64,000 nt of DNA from NCBI GenBank assembly GCA_038087875.1, contig JAXLNO010000263.1, positions 1 to 64,000 of the forward strand, in the 5' to 3' direction. The stretch's first letter is position 1. The number at the start of each line of letters is the position of its first letter. Positions 37,586 through 50,949 of this stretch are shown piece by piece. This DNA is from Malacoraja senta (lineage: Eukaryota). The notes below the pieces were generated by a model, which was given only the letters and a program-made list of their open reading frames with translations, made no database searches and was not told where the DNA came from. The translations under genes were made by a program, and so were the position numbers.

Positions 37586-37693
37586 GTAAGATGAACGTAA
37601 CTTGATGCGTTGACGTCACTGCCTCTGTGCTGTGACCCTCTGCACGATGCCTGAGGTGGGTGGAAAGTTAACTGTGTGTTCTGGTGTTGGCAG

Positions 37694-37747
37694 GGAGAAC
37701 CTGGACCTCAGGGAGAGATCGGCCCTCCAGGACCTGAAGGTCTGAAG
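37694..37747 (+). CDS. col9a2: col9a2-like exon 22 (GEPGPQGEIGPPGPEGLK)
   Basis: cag|...|gtgagt; 54 bp. Confidence 0.93.
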
Positions 37748-38914
37748 GTGAGTCACGTGCACCGCGGGGACTCACTCTTAGCTCAGCGGCAGCATCGGAT
37801 GCTGAGGTAGCACTCTAGGTCTTCATGAGCAGGCTCCTGAACAAGGATCACCAGGGGTGTCAGGGTGCCAACCATGCCCACCCACCTGCATGTCACGCCT
37901 CGCAGCAAGGCTCCACTCTTAGTGGGGGCGAGTGGCTGAGGCGTAATGAGAAGATAGCTCTGAGGTTTGCAGCCAATTGGTCAGTAGGTGTGACTGGAGG
38001 AGTTGGTGAGCAGATGGGGTTGAGGGAAATGGCCGAGATGCGCGGGTGGTATTATCTCCAATCTCCAAACTATCTCCAAACGCACCCGTCCTTGAGTAAT
38101 CAAGCACACTGAAACTGACTGAATTATTGCTGTTTCTCAAACACCACATCCCATTGTTATATATTTTTAAATTCCCAAATAATTTTGTGCCTGAGTTGCA
38201 CTCGGTTGTAGGAATCGATCCATCTCAGGAAAGCGGACTGGTCTGAGAAGCCCATTGATGGTGTTGTGTGGCCATTAAATATTTAGCTGGCTCTACGAAG
38301 GATATCTCACAGTGTTGCAGAAATACTTGCACCTGATCGATGCAGTGCAGCATTTGCACCCTTTTGCTGCACTGCATCGACCACCTCTCCCCCTCCTCAT
38401 TACACCAGCTACCTCCCCTCGACTCCTTCAGTCCAGGTGGAGTCCCGACCCGAGACGTCGACTCGACTGTCCATTCCATCACAGTTGCTGCCTGACCCGC
38501 TGAGTTCTTCCAGCAGCCCTCTTTTATTTACAGCAGCTTCCAGCCGCTGAGTCCCCAGTGCCTCCTCTCTGGCTGATAGACATGAGACATTTATTGTCAC
38601 ATGTACCAATTGGTACAGTAAAATTTGTGGTCACCGTACAGCCATACGAATAGAAAAGAGCGCAGAACACGATAGTCTTTAACATAGACACCCCCACACA
38701 GCGGGATCAAAGTTTCCCACTGTGAGGGAAGGCACCAAAGTTCAGTCCTCCTCCTCTGTTGTCCTCTGTTGTTCACCCGTGGTGGGGGGGCTCCCGAACC
38801 CCTTGTTGTCGCCGCTAGTTCTGGAATAGTTGGCAATGGAACCCCTTTGCTGTCGCTAATCTCTGTGTTATTCGTCCCGCATATGACGCGCTCTTCTTGT
38901 TTCTTTCTCAACAG

Positions 38915-38968
38915 GGTGACAGAGGAATGTCGGGCGAGAGCGGTCCCCCAGGGTCCAGAGGCAAGGCT
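38915..38968 (+). CDS. col9a2: col9a2-like exon 23 (GDRGMSGESGPPGSRGKA)
   Basis: cag|...|gtaagt; 54 bp. Confidence 0.92.
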
Positions 38969-39158
38969 GTAAGTATTGAGGCTCCACCAGCACTAATGGC
39001 CAGGGCTATCTGCCCCACATGCAGCACTTCACCATTGTAACACTTTTAGTCTCAGCTCTTTACAATGTTGTCCAATTTCATTTAAGTGTGAAGACGTTCA
39101 AATCAAAGTTGTATTTAATTTTCCTCTGGTGGTGAAGAGAGACAGTGGTTCTGCGGAG

Positions 39159-39367
39159 GTAAACAAAATTGCTGGAGAAACTCAGCGGGTGAGGCAGCAT
39201 CTATGGAGCGAAGGAAAAAGGCAACGTTTCGGGTCGAGACCCTTAAGGGACCCGAAACGTTGCCTTTTTCCTTCGCTCCATAGATGCTGCCTCACCTGCT
39301 GAGTTTCTCCAGCATTTTTGTCTACCTTCGATTTTCCAGCATCTGCAGTTCCTTTCTTAAACACAAC
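39159..39367. mobile_element. Fold-back Penelope-derived element
   Basis: Inverted arms ~39158-39235 and 39249-39326; degenerate TSD GTGGTT(C/A)TGC(G/A)GAG. Confidence 0.8.
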
Positions 39368-40213
39368 GTGGTTATGCAGAGAGTTATTTTTATTCTTTCA
39401 TCATGCCCGGTTTGAACCAGTTGATCGTGCACAGAGAGCTTTGTCAAAAAGGAACTGGTTGCAGGACGACGCACGATAATCCCCTGCTGGATCTTCAAAG
39501 CTTTCCGCTAACTGTTTGATAATCCACTTCCCGCTGCTCAGTTTGGAAGCTGTGGCTTGCTGTGTTCTGGCCACTTGTCACTGGGGGATTAGGGCTGGCT
39601 GTCTCTGTTTGACGGGACGGGACAGAATTGACACAGTAACCGGAGAACTTGGGGGGTGGGGGGGGGGGGGGGGGTGGGCAGCATAACTCAAAGAAGTGTT
39701 TGTTGAATGGAATTTGAACGAGGAGGTGTTTAAAGTCTGCTTGGAAAATACGCAGGGTTTTTTCAGGCACAGTGTGAGACAGAAGAAATTGCTCAGTCTT
39801 CAAATCTGTCGATTGCAAATTTGCTGACAATTTGCTGAGGGTCTCAAGTCATTGGAGCCTTCGTGATTCAGCCACACTTCTAGTTAGTTGAGAGGGAGAG
39901 CGTCAGTCCAAGCTGCCCCTCCTGTGCCAATCATAAAGTCGTGGGGATGTGGTCTCATCTCCTCGTCTACTCTGGGCACTGCCAAGTGCTGAGGATATTT
40001 AGTGTTTCATGAGTTCAGATACACAGATCCAGAGGTGAGTTGTGTAATTCACGTCAGTTCATGCAACCTCTGGACTATAAGACGCTATGAAGGCTCACTC
40101 TCCCTTGCCCCCCCCCCCCCCCTTCTCATGCTGTTACTGTTGTTTTGATCCATCTTCTCTCAACCCACTGACTTTATCCTGATGTCACGTAAGCTGACAC
40201 ACAACTAAGCAAA

Positions 40214-40391
40214 AAGATAGACACAAAATGCTGGAGTAACTCAGCGGGACAGGCAGCATCTCTGGATAGAAGCGTCTCGACCCGAAACGTCACCCATTCC
40301 TTCTATCCAGAGATGCTGCCTGTCCCGTTGAGTTACTCCAGCATTTTGTGTCTATCTTCGGTTTAAACAGCATCTGCAGTTCCTTCCCACA
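40214..40391. mobile_element. Fold-back Penelope-derived element
   Basis: Inverted arms ~40216-40272 and 40300-40356; 15-bp TSD ACACAACTAAGCAAA. Confidence 0.82.
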
Positions 40392-40767
40392 ACACAACTA
40401 AGCAAAGTGGGGAAGCATTAGACTGAAATATCACTGAAATATTTATGTGAATTTTTTTTAAATTCAAATATATCAAATCAGTTAAAAGGTAGAGAGGTAG
40501 ATTGTGAGGAGCTGCGCGTTCATCTTCCCCGGGCTCCCAGCACTCGTTCACCCAGTGCGTTCCACATCAGAACAAGGTGGCACGTGAGAGCCCTGCGCAG
40601 TTGCTGCAGCCCTTCCTCCTGTTGACCGTCTCGTGTGATGGAGTAGAGGGGCTCTACACTGAGGGCAGCTGTGGGCACATGCTCAACAATGCCCAGACAA
40701 CACTGGAGCTGCCACCGACGTGGGCTGCAGCAGGAAGGGTGGCGATTTTACACTTGGTGAAGAGTAA

Positions 40768-41124
40768 AGCCCCTGTCCCGCTGTACGAGGTAATTCACGA
40801 GTTCTCCCGAGTTTTCCCCTGATTCGAACTCGGAGAATGTCCGTGGCGGGTCCATAGGAGTTCGTGGATGTCTCGTAGTGGCTCGTAATGCCAACGGTAG
40901 GTATTCGGGACATCCGGTAAACTTGTGACGTTTTTCCATCCATGTAAAAAATGTCCACGAGTAAAAAAATACTCGTGATGAAAAAAATGGTTACTTTTTA
41001 CTCGTACGAACCGCTACGAGACATCCACGAACTACTGCGGACCCGCTACGGACATTCTCCGAGTTAGATTCAGGGGAAAACTCGGGAGAACTCGTGAATT
41101 ACCACGTACAGTGGGACAGGGGCT
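40768..41124. mobile_element. PIF/Harbinger-type MITE with ~110-bp TIRs
   Basis: AGCCCCTGTCCC(G/A)CTGTACG... TIR; TAA TSD. Confidence 0.85.
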
Positions 41125-41680
41125 TAACATTTCTAACAATTGAAAGAAAGTGAGTCATCCCCCTCAGCGATCAACTGTGCTTCAAAGGAAGAACCGATCA
41201 CAATGGATTAGCAGTGCATAAGGCCAATGGCTGGGAGGATTTATTTTGACATGAGCTCGCACATTGGTAAATTCCTCTGTAATTCCACAGGGCACTTCAG
41301 GGTAATTCTAACGGGGCACTGATGGGTAATCTTTACCCTAGCCTGTACGGGCCATGATAAAGTGCAACAAGCTGGTCTTTAGAAGTGGCAAATGAAGCTA
41401 TCAATCATTTTTACTAACATGACCTTACAATGGGCATCGTGCTTTCCACAATAATCCAGTTCCCAATCAAATCTTGTTGACCCCAGCACAGTGAAGCAAC
41501 ATACCCAATATTATGGCTTGAGAGGCTTGATTCCTCTCTCCAATATATCCACTGCAATGTTATTCAGTCCCACAGGATCCCACAGCCAACAAACGATGTA
41601 CACTACAAGGGCCATCCCACTTTGAAAGTATCATTCAATTGATCCAGTCATGGATATGGAATAAGCACCGCTTCCCACTT

Positions 41681-41980
41681 GGCGGCACAGTGGTGCAGCT
41701 GGTAGCGCTGCTGCCTCACAGTGTCAGAGAGCAGGGTTCAATTCTGACCTCGAGTGCTGTCTCGAGTGTGGAGTTTGCACACTACCTGCAACCACGTGGG
41801 TTTCCTCCAGGTGCTCCAGTTTCCTCCCAATCCCAAAGACGTGCAAATTGGCCTCTGTAAAATAATCTTGGTGTGTAGGGAGTCAATGCGAAAGTGGGAG
41901 AACACAGAGCTAGTGTGAACGGGTGATCATTGGTCTATGTGAACTCATGGGCCAAAGGGCCTGTTTCCACTGAAACTAAA
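41681..41980 (+). mobile_element. V-SINE/HE1-like SINE
   Basis: ggcggcacagtggtgcagctggtag head, core and tail. Confidence 0.85.
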
Positions 41981-43767
41981 ACATTTAAAAATGCTTTGTC
42001 CTCGGTCATTTTCTCAGTACTTTGTCTCAAATCCCAGGAGCTGTCATGGACCAGCTCGAGCACAAATCGTGCAGACAGGCATTTCACAAGCCTGCCGTTG
42101 CCCCTGGTCCTCTTGTCTCCCTTTGAGACCCGCTGTCGCTGGGGCAGAGCCCACACGGGGAGAGCCGACGGTTCCAACATGAAGCATCAGAGCAGGGCCT
42201 GTGGTGGGGGCGCAGTCTCCCGAGGGGGCAGTGTGGGGGGGGGGGGGAGGAGGAGGGTAGTCATGGCTGCCCAACTAGGCCAGAGCTATAGCAACAGGGT
42301 GGACCAAACGGAGCCCTGGCAGAAGCTGGTCTTTGGGTGTGTCTGGAGGCAATGTGAGCAATGCTCCTCCTGGCCTCCCTTTTCTGGACTCCTGACAATC
42401 TCCCACTCAATATTTGCAGACCACTGGCCAGTCTTCTAACCATCACCCCACTCTCCACATCCCCTGTCTCCCTCAATCACCATCCTGGGCAGAAGGGCCT
42501 ATTTCCATGCTGTATCCTTCGTTCAGTCGACCACATTGAGTACCAGCTGCACTGCGCTCCTTGCTCTATGAAACCCCGTCATCGTGAGGGGCCACATGTT
42601 CCCAGTTGCGAGCGGATCAATTGGTCACTTCTAATAACCGTGGTGTTGATTTACACAGCGTTGGAGCATGATATTGAGGTGGATGATTTGTATCATCTGC
42701 CTGATGCTGCTGGAGAGAATGTGAGAGGCTTTGGTATTGGATGGGCACGCATAGAGCCATGGAGGTATACAGCACAGAAACAGGCTCCACTGCCCACATT
42801 GTCCATATCGACCAAGACGCAGTCCCATTTGCCCACGTTTGGTCCATACCCCTCCAAACCTTAACTATCCATAAACCTGTCCGTGCCTATTAAATGTTGT
42901 AACTAAACCCGCCTCTACCACTTCCTCTGGCAGCCTTTTCCATATACCCGCTCGAGTTATTTTTAAACTTTCCTCTCTCAGCTTCAACTTATGCCCTGGA
43001 GTTTTTGACTTTCTTACCCAGAGGAAAAGAATGTGACTATTCATGGTATCCATGCCCCTCGTGCTCGTATAAACTCCTACAAAGTCACCCCTCAGCCTAC
43101 TATGCTCAAGGGAATAAAGACCCAGCCTATCCAGCCTGTCATAGAATCATAACGCATGGAAACAGGCCCTTCGGCCCAAACCGTCCATACTGACCATCTT
43201 TTGGCCTATATCCCTCTAAACTTTCCTGTCCTTTATCTGTCCAAATATCTTTTAATGTTGTTGTTGTTGTACTTCCCTCGATCACTTCCTCCGACAACTT
43301 GTACCATATACTCCGCACCTGAAACGGTGCCCCTCGGGTTCTTATTAAATCATTCCTCTCTCACTTTAAACCTATACCTTCTAGTTTTTGATTCCCCTAC
43401 CCTTGGAATAAGACTCTTTTCATTCACCCCATCATCGCCTGTATAAATCAAGCCCCGTAGACTCAGTACATCATTCTAAAACTTTTATTGCAGCTTTGCC
43501 AGCTGATGTAGGCATTTCCAGTCGTTCGATCATCCCAGCTCCCTTCTTCCTTGACATTTCATTCCATTTTCCAGTTGCCAATACAGCTCTTGCAGTAGCA
43601 CTGAAACTGGGAAGAGGTAATGAATTTTTAATGTAACTCCTTGACGATTTGGCTCTGAAATTGCAGTCAGTGGCAGGGAGGTGAGCCGTCGACTTCCAGA
43701 AAGGATTGGGGATTCAGATGAGGTATTGACACTTAATTGACTGATTGAGTGACAGAAACACCAAGGA

Positions 43768-44056
43768 AACAGGCCCTTCAGCCCACTGTGTCCGTTCCAT
43801 GACTACCATCACCCGTTCACAGTATTTCCATGTTATCCCACCTTTGCATCCACTCCCCACATACTAGGGGCAATTTACAGAGGCCAAATAACCTACAAAC
43901 CAACACGTCTTCGGGACGTGGGAGGAAACCGGAGCACCCGGAGGAAACCCATGCAGTCACAGGGTGAACGTGCAAACTCCACACAGAAGCAGCTGAGGTC
44001 AGAATCAAACCCGGGTCTCTGGCACCGTGAGCCAGTGGCTCTCCCAGCTGCGCCAC
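43768..44056 (-). mobile_element. V-SINE/HE1-like SINE
   Basis: Reverse complement of full SINE. Confidence 0.85.
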
Positions 44057-44329
44057 TTGAAAATGTATGTACAGCTGAGCATGTTGCCTCAGGCACACTG
44101 GGACAAGCTTGTTACCAAAGGACAGATACCCCATGGCATAGAGTTGGCACAGGTCACAAGCAAGATAAGTACAGAACAGAGGAACACGGTGGAAAAGAGT
44201 TCAACACAGCGTTGGCCAGAGTTCCATCATACGACCTGGCACGGCTTTCAAATGGGAAGTGTGACTCATGTTTCTGCACAGGTCAGAGTGCCAATCACTG
44301 TTTAAGATCAATACTGTTCTTGTTTTCAG

Positions 44330-44401
44330 GGCACGAAGGGAGAACGAGGTCCTACAGGGATCCCGGGACCTCAGGGCATCCCTGGGCTGAAAGGAGATAA
44401 G
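44330..44401 (+). CDS. col9a2: col9a2-like exon 24 ([24 protein letters not shown])
   Basis: cag|...|gtgagg; 72 bp. Confidence 0.93.
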
Positions 44402-44604
44402 GTGAGGAATGGTCGGCGCAATGTGTTGCTGGTGGGTCCACCGCGCGGTGTGAGCTGTGGACTGGGTGGTGGTGCAGCAACAGTGGGAACAGGGTGGAGG
44501 GAGCAACATTCCCAACTGTCCCGTGGCTTTGGTTTGGGAATGCAGGCGGTGCAGGACAGGTGGTGGTCAACTGCTCTAATCACAAATATTCACTCTGTCT
44601 CCAG

Positions 44605-44640
44605 GGATTCCAAGGGAAAAAAGGGCCCAAAGGCGGTGAT
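44605..44640 (+). CDS. col9a2: col9a2-like exon 25 ([12 protein letters not shown])
   Basis: cag|...|gtaagt; 36 bp. Confidence 0.91.
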
Positions 44641-44649
44641 GTAAGTACT

Positions 44650-44800
44650 TGTGTGTCCATGTGTGTGTCTGTCTTTCTTTGTGTGTGTTTGTCTGTCTTT
44701 ATGTGTATGTGTGTGTCTGCCTATCTTTGTGTGTGTGTGTGTCTCTATTTCTATGTGTGTCTGTGTGTGTTATCTGTGTGTGTGTGTGTGATATGTCTAG
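44650..44800. repeat. Degenerate (GT)n microsatellite
   Basis: GT-rich run after exon 25. Confidence 0.85.
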
Positions 44801-45669
44801 TTACTATGTATGACCGTATGTCCTAGTGTAAATGCCAGCATGTGTAACGTGTGTGCACGCACACATATGTGCGGGCGTGTTTGTCTCCATGCATGGGTCC
44901 GATTCCTGCCAGGGTCCATATGCTCTGAACGCTCTGAATGTTGGGCTTGTGTAGAATGGGCTGGGACTGGGTGAAGGCAGGAGCCGGAGTGAGGCAGAGC
45001 CAGCATCCATGATTCCCGTCTCTCGCTCCCTCCCACCATGCCTGCCGGGATCTCCCGGCCTTGTGCAGGGAACGGCTCTTGGACGCAGGCACCTCGGCCG
45101 CTGGAGACAATAGACTCGCAGTGGGAGAGCAGGGCAGTGGAGAGGGTCACGGTGTGGTAGGGGGGGTCGGAGAAGTGGGGGTAGGGGCTGAGTATTCATG
45201 GGAAGAGGGGATGCTGGGTGATTAGGGAGCTGTCCGTCTGAGGGGGGGGGTCAAAGAGGTGGGGGTCTCAGAGAGGTGGGGTCAAAGAGGAAAGGGTCAA
45301 AACGGCGGCGTCAGAGATTGGGGAGTTAGGGAAGGCGGACAGAGAGGGAGGTCTCAGAAGGGTCGTCCTCGGGGATGCTGGCTCAGAATGAGGTATCGTG
45401 CTGGAAGGGGAAAGGCAGATGGTGCAGACCAGGGGAAGATAGTGGGGGCAACAACACTCTCTGTAAATAACCCCTGACTCCCTCACAATATCTCACTGCC
45501 ACTCTATATACTGTACAATATATGAGCGGCACAGTGGCACAGCAGTAGTTGCTGCCTTACAGCGCCAGAGACTAAACTAAACTAAAATATAACTGCCGTG
45601 CCTCTCTTCATGCATCATATAAATAATCCCTCAAATGCTCAGAGTTTCTATTTCATGTTGTACTCGGAG

Positions 45670-46650
45670 AGTTACTACGGCACAGAAACAGGCCCTTCAG
45701 CCCATCTTATCCAGATTAACCCTCTACCTGAGTTTGTTCCATTTGCCCCTGTTCGGCCCATATACCTCTGAACAGTCCCTATCCACATTCCTGTCTAAAC
45801 ATATTTTTAATGTTGTAATTGTACCTCCCTCAACTACCTCATCTGACAGATCGAGCCATATACCCACCACCGTCTGTGTGAATAAGATGCCCCTCAGATC
45901 CCTTATAAATCTTTAATTTTTTTCCCATCTCACCTTAACCCTCTAGTTTTAGACTCTCCAGCACTTGGCAAAAGACTGATCTTTCAGCTAACCGACAACC
46001 CGTATGATTTTATACACCACTATAAGATCACCCCTCAGCCTCCTACACTCCAGGGAGAAGAAGTCTTAGCCTCCTTGCATCTCAAGCCCTCCAGTTCCAT
46101 TTGCAGCCTCGTGAATCTTCTCTGCCCCTTTTCCAGTTTAATGCATCCTTCCTGTGGTGAGGCTACCAGAGCTGCACACAATACTCAAAGTATGGTCTCA
46201 CCAATGCTTTGTACAGCTGTAAAACGATGCTGCAATCCTTGTACTCATTGACTTGACCCATGGACATTGGACTTTTGGTAAATGACACTAAAATATGGCG
46301 ACTCGATCTACGCAAAAAGAATTTCACTGCACAGAGCAGACATGACAATAAGGCACCAATGAACCATTGAACTATTGAAGGCAAGCATGCCAAACACCTT
46401 CTTCGCCACCCCATCCACCTGGGTCCTCACTTTCAGGGAACTATGGTCATGTAACCTTCGGTCTCCCTATTCTACAGCACGTCACAAGGCCCTATCATTC
46501 ACTGTGCAGGTCCTGCCTGGTTTAACTTATCAAAATCCAACACTTTGCACTTGTCTGAATCAAACTCCATCTGCCATACTTGGCCCACTTTCCATGTTGA
46601 CCTAGATCCCATTGCAATCTTAGACAACCCTGTTGACTGTCCACCAGTGT
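45670..46650 (-). mobile_element. Degenerate CR1-type LINE fragment
   Basis: LQLYKALVRPYFEYCVQLW. Confidence 0.7.
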
Positions 46651-46807
46651 TGTTTGCAATATGAAGTCACAATGTTTGATTCAACCACCATTAACTAAAT
46701 TCAACGACAGTTAACTACATTTAGGTCTTAAGTAAATGGTTGGATACTACTATCTTTCATTCTGAATTGCTTATTTTACTGTAGCCCTTAACTATGAAAT
46801 TGTTAAC

Positions 46808-49175
46808 CCATGGCTATCTGGACTACACTTCTTTCCACCCTGCTTCCTGTAAGGACTCCATCCCCATCTCCCAATTCCTCCATCTACGCCGCATCTGCAC
46901 CCAGGATGAGGTGTTCCACACCAAGGCATCGGAGATGTCCTCATTCTTCAGGGAACGGGGGTTCCCCTCTTCTACCATAGATGAGGCTCTCACCAGGGTC
47001 TAGAAACATAGAAACATAGAAAGTAGTTGCGCGAGTAGACCACCAGGCCCATCGAGCCCGCACCGCCATTCGCTCATGGCTGAACACTAAACAGACACCC
47101 TTACCCACAAACAGTAGACACAAGACACAGAACACAAGACACTACCCTCCCCTTTATATCGCTATCACCCCTCTCCACCCCAAGAACCGCGTGATCTCCT
47201 GGGGGAGGCAAAAAACCGGATAAAAACCCAGGTCCAATTCGGGAAAAAAAATCCGGGAAATTCCTCTCCGACCCCAATCCAGGCGATCGACACTTGTCCA
47301 GGAGATCACTCAGGTCTTACTATACTAACCATACCTAGGTCCATATCCCTGCCCTCTCCCCGTAGCCCCTTATCCCCTTGGCAGCTAAAAAACCATCTAT
47401 TTTAGACTTAAATATATTTAATGTTTCTGCTTCCACTGCTCCCTGGGGCAGTGAATTCCATAAATTAACCACCCTCTGGGTGAAGAAGTTCTTCCTCATC
47501 TCAGTTTTAAAAGAGCCCCCTCTTATTCTACAACTATGTCCCCTAGTTCTAGTTTCCCCGATCATTGGGAACATCCTCGGTGCATCCACCCGATCAAGGC
47601 CCCTCACGATCTTATATGTTTCAATGAGATCGCCTCTCATTCTTCTAAACTCCAAAGAGTAGAGTTCCAGCCTAGTTAACCTTTCCTCATATGTCAATCC
47701 CCTCATTGCAGGAATTAATCTTGTAAACCTTCGCTGCACTGCCTCCAGGGCCAGTACATCCTTTCTTAAGTATGGACCCCAGAACTGTACACAGTATTCC
47801 AAATGTGGTCTCACTAATACTGTGTACAGCTGCAGCAAGACCTCCGTGTTTTTATACTCAATCCCCCTAGCAATAAAGGCCAAAACTCCATTGGCCTTCC
47901 TGATTGCTTGCTGCACCTGCATACTAACTTTTAGTGATTCATGTACTACTACCCCTAGATCCCTTTGCGTTGCATTACAACGCAGCTCCACCTCATTTAG
48001 AAAATAACTTGCCCTATCATTTTTTTTCCCAAAGTGAATGACTTCACATTTATTAGTATTAAATTTCATCTGCCAAGTTGTTGCCCACTCACCTAGCTTA
48101 TCTATATCCTTTTGCAGACTCTTCCTATCCTCCTCATCCCCTACTTTTCCTCCCATTTTTGTATCGTCCGCAAATTTTGATATATTACACTTGGTTCCCT
48201 CCTCCAAATCATTTATATAAATTGTGAACAACTGGGGTCCCAGCACCGACCCTTGCGGAACCCCGCTAGTTACCGGTTGCCATCCCGAGTATACCAAGTG
48301 ACTCTACTCTTCTATACCAAGTGACTCTACTCTCACTCCCCATCCCCCCCACTCGTAATAAGGGCAGAGTCCCCCTTGTCCTCACCTTCCACCCAACCAG
48401 CCGTCACATACAACAAATAATCCGCCGTCATTTTCGCCACCCCCAACGTGACCCCACCACTTGCCACATCTTCCCATCTCCTCCCCTGTTGGCTTTCCGC
48501 AGAGACTGCTCCCTCCGTAACTCCCTGGTCAATTCGTCCCTTCCCACCCTATCCACCCCCTCTCCGGGCACTTTCCCTTGCAACCGCAAGAAATGCTGCT
48601 CTTGTCGCTTTACCTCCCCCCTTGACTCCATTCAAGGACCCAAGCAGTCTTTCCATATGCGGCCAAGGTTCAACTGCACCTTCTCCAACATCATCTATTG
48701 CATCCACTGCTCTAGATGTCAGCTGCTCTACATCGGTGAGACCAAGCGTAGGCTTGGCGATCGCTTCGCCGAACACCTCCGCTCGGTTTGCAATAACCAA
48801 CCTGATCTCCCGGTGGCTCAGCACTTCAACTCCCCCTCCCATTCCGAATCCAACCTTTCTGTCCTGGGCCTCCTCAATGGCCAGAGTGAGGACCACCGTA
48901 AATTGGAGGAGCAGCACCTCATATTTCGCTTGGGCAGTTTACATCCCAGCAGTATGAACATTAACGTCTCCAATTTCAGGTAGTCCTTACTTTCTCCTCC
49001 CCTTCTCAGCTCTCCCTCAACCCATTGGCTCCACTTCATCCTTTCTTCTTCCTGCCCCCCCCTCCCCCACCCTCACATCAGTTTGAAGAAGGGTTTCAGC
49101 CCGAAACGTTGCTTATTTCCTTCGCTCCATAGATGCTGCCTCACCCGCTGGGTTTCTCCAGCATTTTTGTCTACC
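46808..49175 (+). mobile_element. Penelope-like retroelement (GIY-YIG region) split by a CR1 insertion
   Basis: YLDYTSFHPASCKDSIP before, and NIIYCIHCSRCQLLYIGETKRRLGDRFAEH after, the CR1; 3' repeat with hammerhead-like motif at 49081-49112. Confidence 0.88.
47001..48293 (-). mobile_element. Young 5'-truncated CR1 LINE with an open ORF2 C-terminus (47335-48297)
   Basis: SGVPQGSVLGP, FADD and [11 protein letters not shown] uninterrupted for 320 aa; (CTATGTTT)n tail. Confidence 0.92.
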
Positions 49176-49272
49176 TATGAAATTGCAAGGTAGGATTCAA
49201 CTGACATTGTACAATCTAACGCCTGAACCTTTCAATGTGGGCCTTGCTCATTCTGAATAAACAGTAACCCTG

Positions 49273-49276
<4 letters not shown>

Positions 49277-49327
<51 letters not shown>

Positions 49328-49330
49328 CTC
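49277..49330. repeat. (CT)n microsatellite
   Basis: Long near-perfect CT run. Confidence 0.95.
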
Positions 49331-50564
49331 CTGTTGGCTGATCAGTTTCATTGTGAAATTATTTCTTGGGCCCCATGTCTTTATCCAAAACGTAACCTCT
49401 CGTGTGGAGGTATGTGATGAATCTGCATTTCCCCAGTGCCCTTCCCAAGTAACCTGGCTTATTCCACCTCAATATTTTTGGCTGAATTGAAGAAGTTACA
49501 TCAACGGCACCAAGCCAGTTCTCTTGATCTCGAGCAAAAAACTAACTGCTGGAGGAACTCAGTGGGTCGGGCAGTCTCTGAGGAGGGAATGGAATGGAAA
49601 TGACAGTTACACCATTCCCTCCACGGTTGCTGCCTGGCCCGCCGAGTTTCTCCAGCACTTTGTGTTTTGCTCAAGATTTCAGCATCTGCAGTTGCTTGTG
49701 TATCCTGGTCTCCAGCGTGTGGTGAGGGTCTAAGAACATCCTGACCTCTCAGTCTAGTTCACTGTCAGTGTCTGATGGGGGCTCAGCAAGGGACGGAGCA
49801 GTGAGGTAACATGGATCACGTGGTTGTTAACAACAGGCTTCATAGTTGGACCATAGTGTGTGTACAAACGTGTGTGTGTGTCTCTGTTTCTCTGAACATG
49901 TTTATTTGTGTGTTTTATGTCCATGTATCCTGTTTGTAGTGATTGTCAGGGATTTATGTGAGTGCATACATTTCTGATGTGTGTGTGTGTCCATTTTACA
50001 CACTTGCAACTCTTGTTCGCATGCCTTATTTTGTCAATGTCTTTCTATTTATGTATCTGTCTATCTGCGCTTGTGTTACATGTACAGAACATAGATCAGT
50101 ACAGCACAGGTACAGGCCCTTCAGCCCACAATGTTCATGCCAAACATGGTGCCAGGTTAAACTAATCTCCTCTGCCCGCACGTGATCCATATCCCTTCAC
50201 TCCCTGCATATCCATGCCCTTATATAAAAGCCTCTTCAACATCACTATCGTATCTGCCTCCTCCACCACCTCTGGCAGCACGTTCCAATCCCCCACCACG
50301 CTCTATTTAAAAACCTTATCCTTTAAACTTTGCCCCACTGACTGTAAAGCTGTGGCCTCTAGTCTTTGACTTTTCCATTCTGGGAAAAAGGTTCTGACTG
50401 TCTACCCTGTCATTGCCTCTCATAATTTAATCTACTTCCATCAGGTGTCCCCTCAACCTCCAACACTCCGGAGAAAATAATTAAAGTTTGTTCAACCTCT
50501 CCTTATAGTTCATCCCCTCTAATCTGTTTGTAGGTGTCTCAGATTTTTGTTTCTTTCCCGAATG

Positions 50565-50822
50565 TGTTTCTGTGCATGTGCGTGTGTGTGTGTGTGTGTG
50601 TATGAGCATGCATGGGTCATGTGTGTATGTGCATGCACCTCTGTGTTTGCATGCATGTGTGTGCATATGTATGCATGTGGTTTGCATGTGGTTGCATATG
50701 TATAAGCTTGTGTGTGTATGCCTGTGTGCGAATGTGCGTGTATCTGAGTGCGTGCGTGTCATGAGTGTGCGCGTGTGTGTGTGCGCATGCCCGCGTCAGT
50801 GTGTATGCGCGTGTGTGTGTCA
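50565..50822. repeat. Degenerate (GT)n/(GCAT) microsatellite
   Basis: GT-rich run before exon 26. Confidence 0.85.
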
Positions 50823-50904
50823 TGTTGCCCATGCTTTCTGGGCTCTCCACAGTTACTGTTCAGCTGATGAATGTCAGCAACAACTGTTGTGTTTCTTGCT
50901 GCAG

Positions 50905-50949
50905 GGTGACCCAGGCGTGGAAGGCTTGGATGGCGAAAATGGAGAGAAG
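50905..50949 (+). CDS. col9a2: col9a2-like exon 26 (GDPGVEGLDGENGEK)
   Basis: cag|...|gtactg; 45 bp. Confidence 0.92.

Noticed and set aside
41420..41460. Possible paired SOX9 sites (ACAATG..CATCGT)
   Set aside because: Spacing and match are poor; indistinguishable from chance without conservation or ChIP data.
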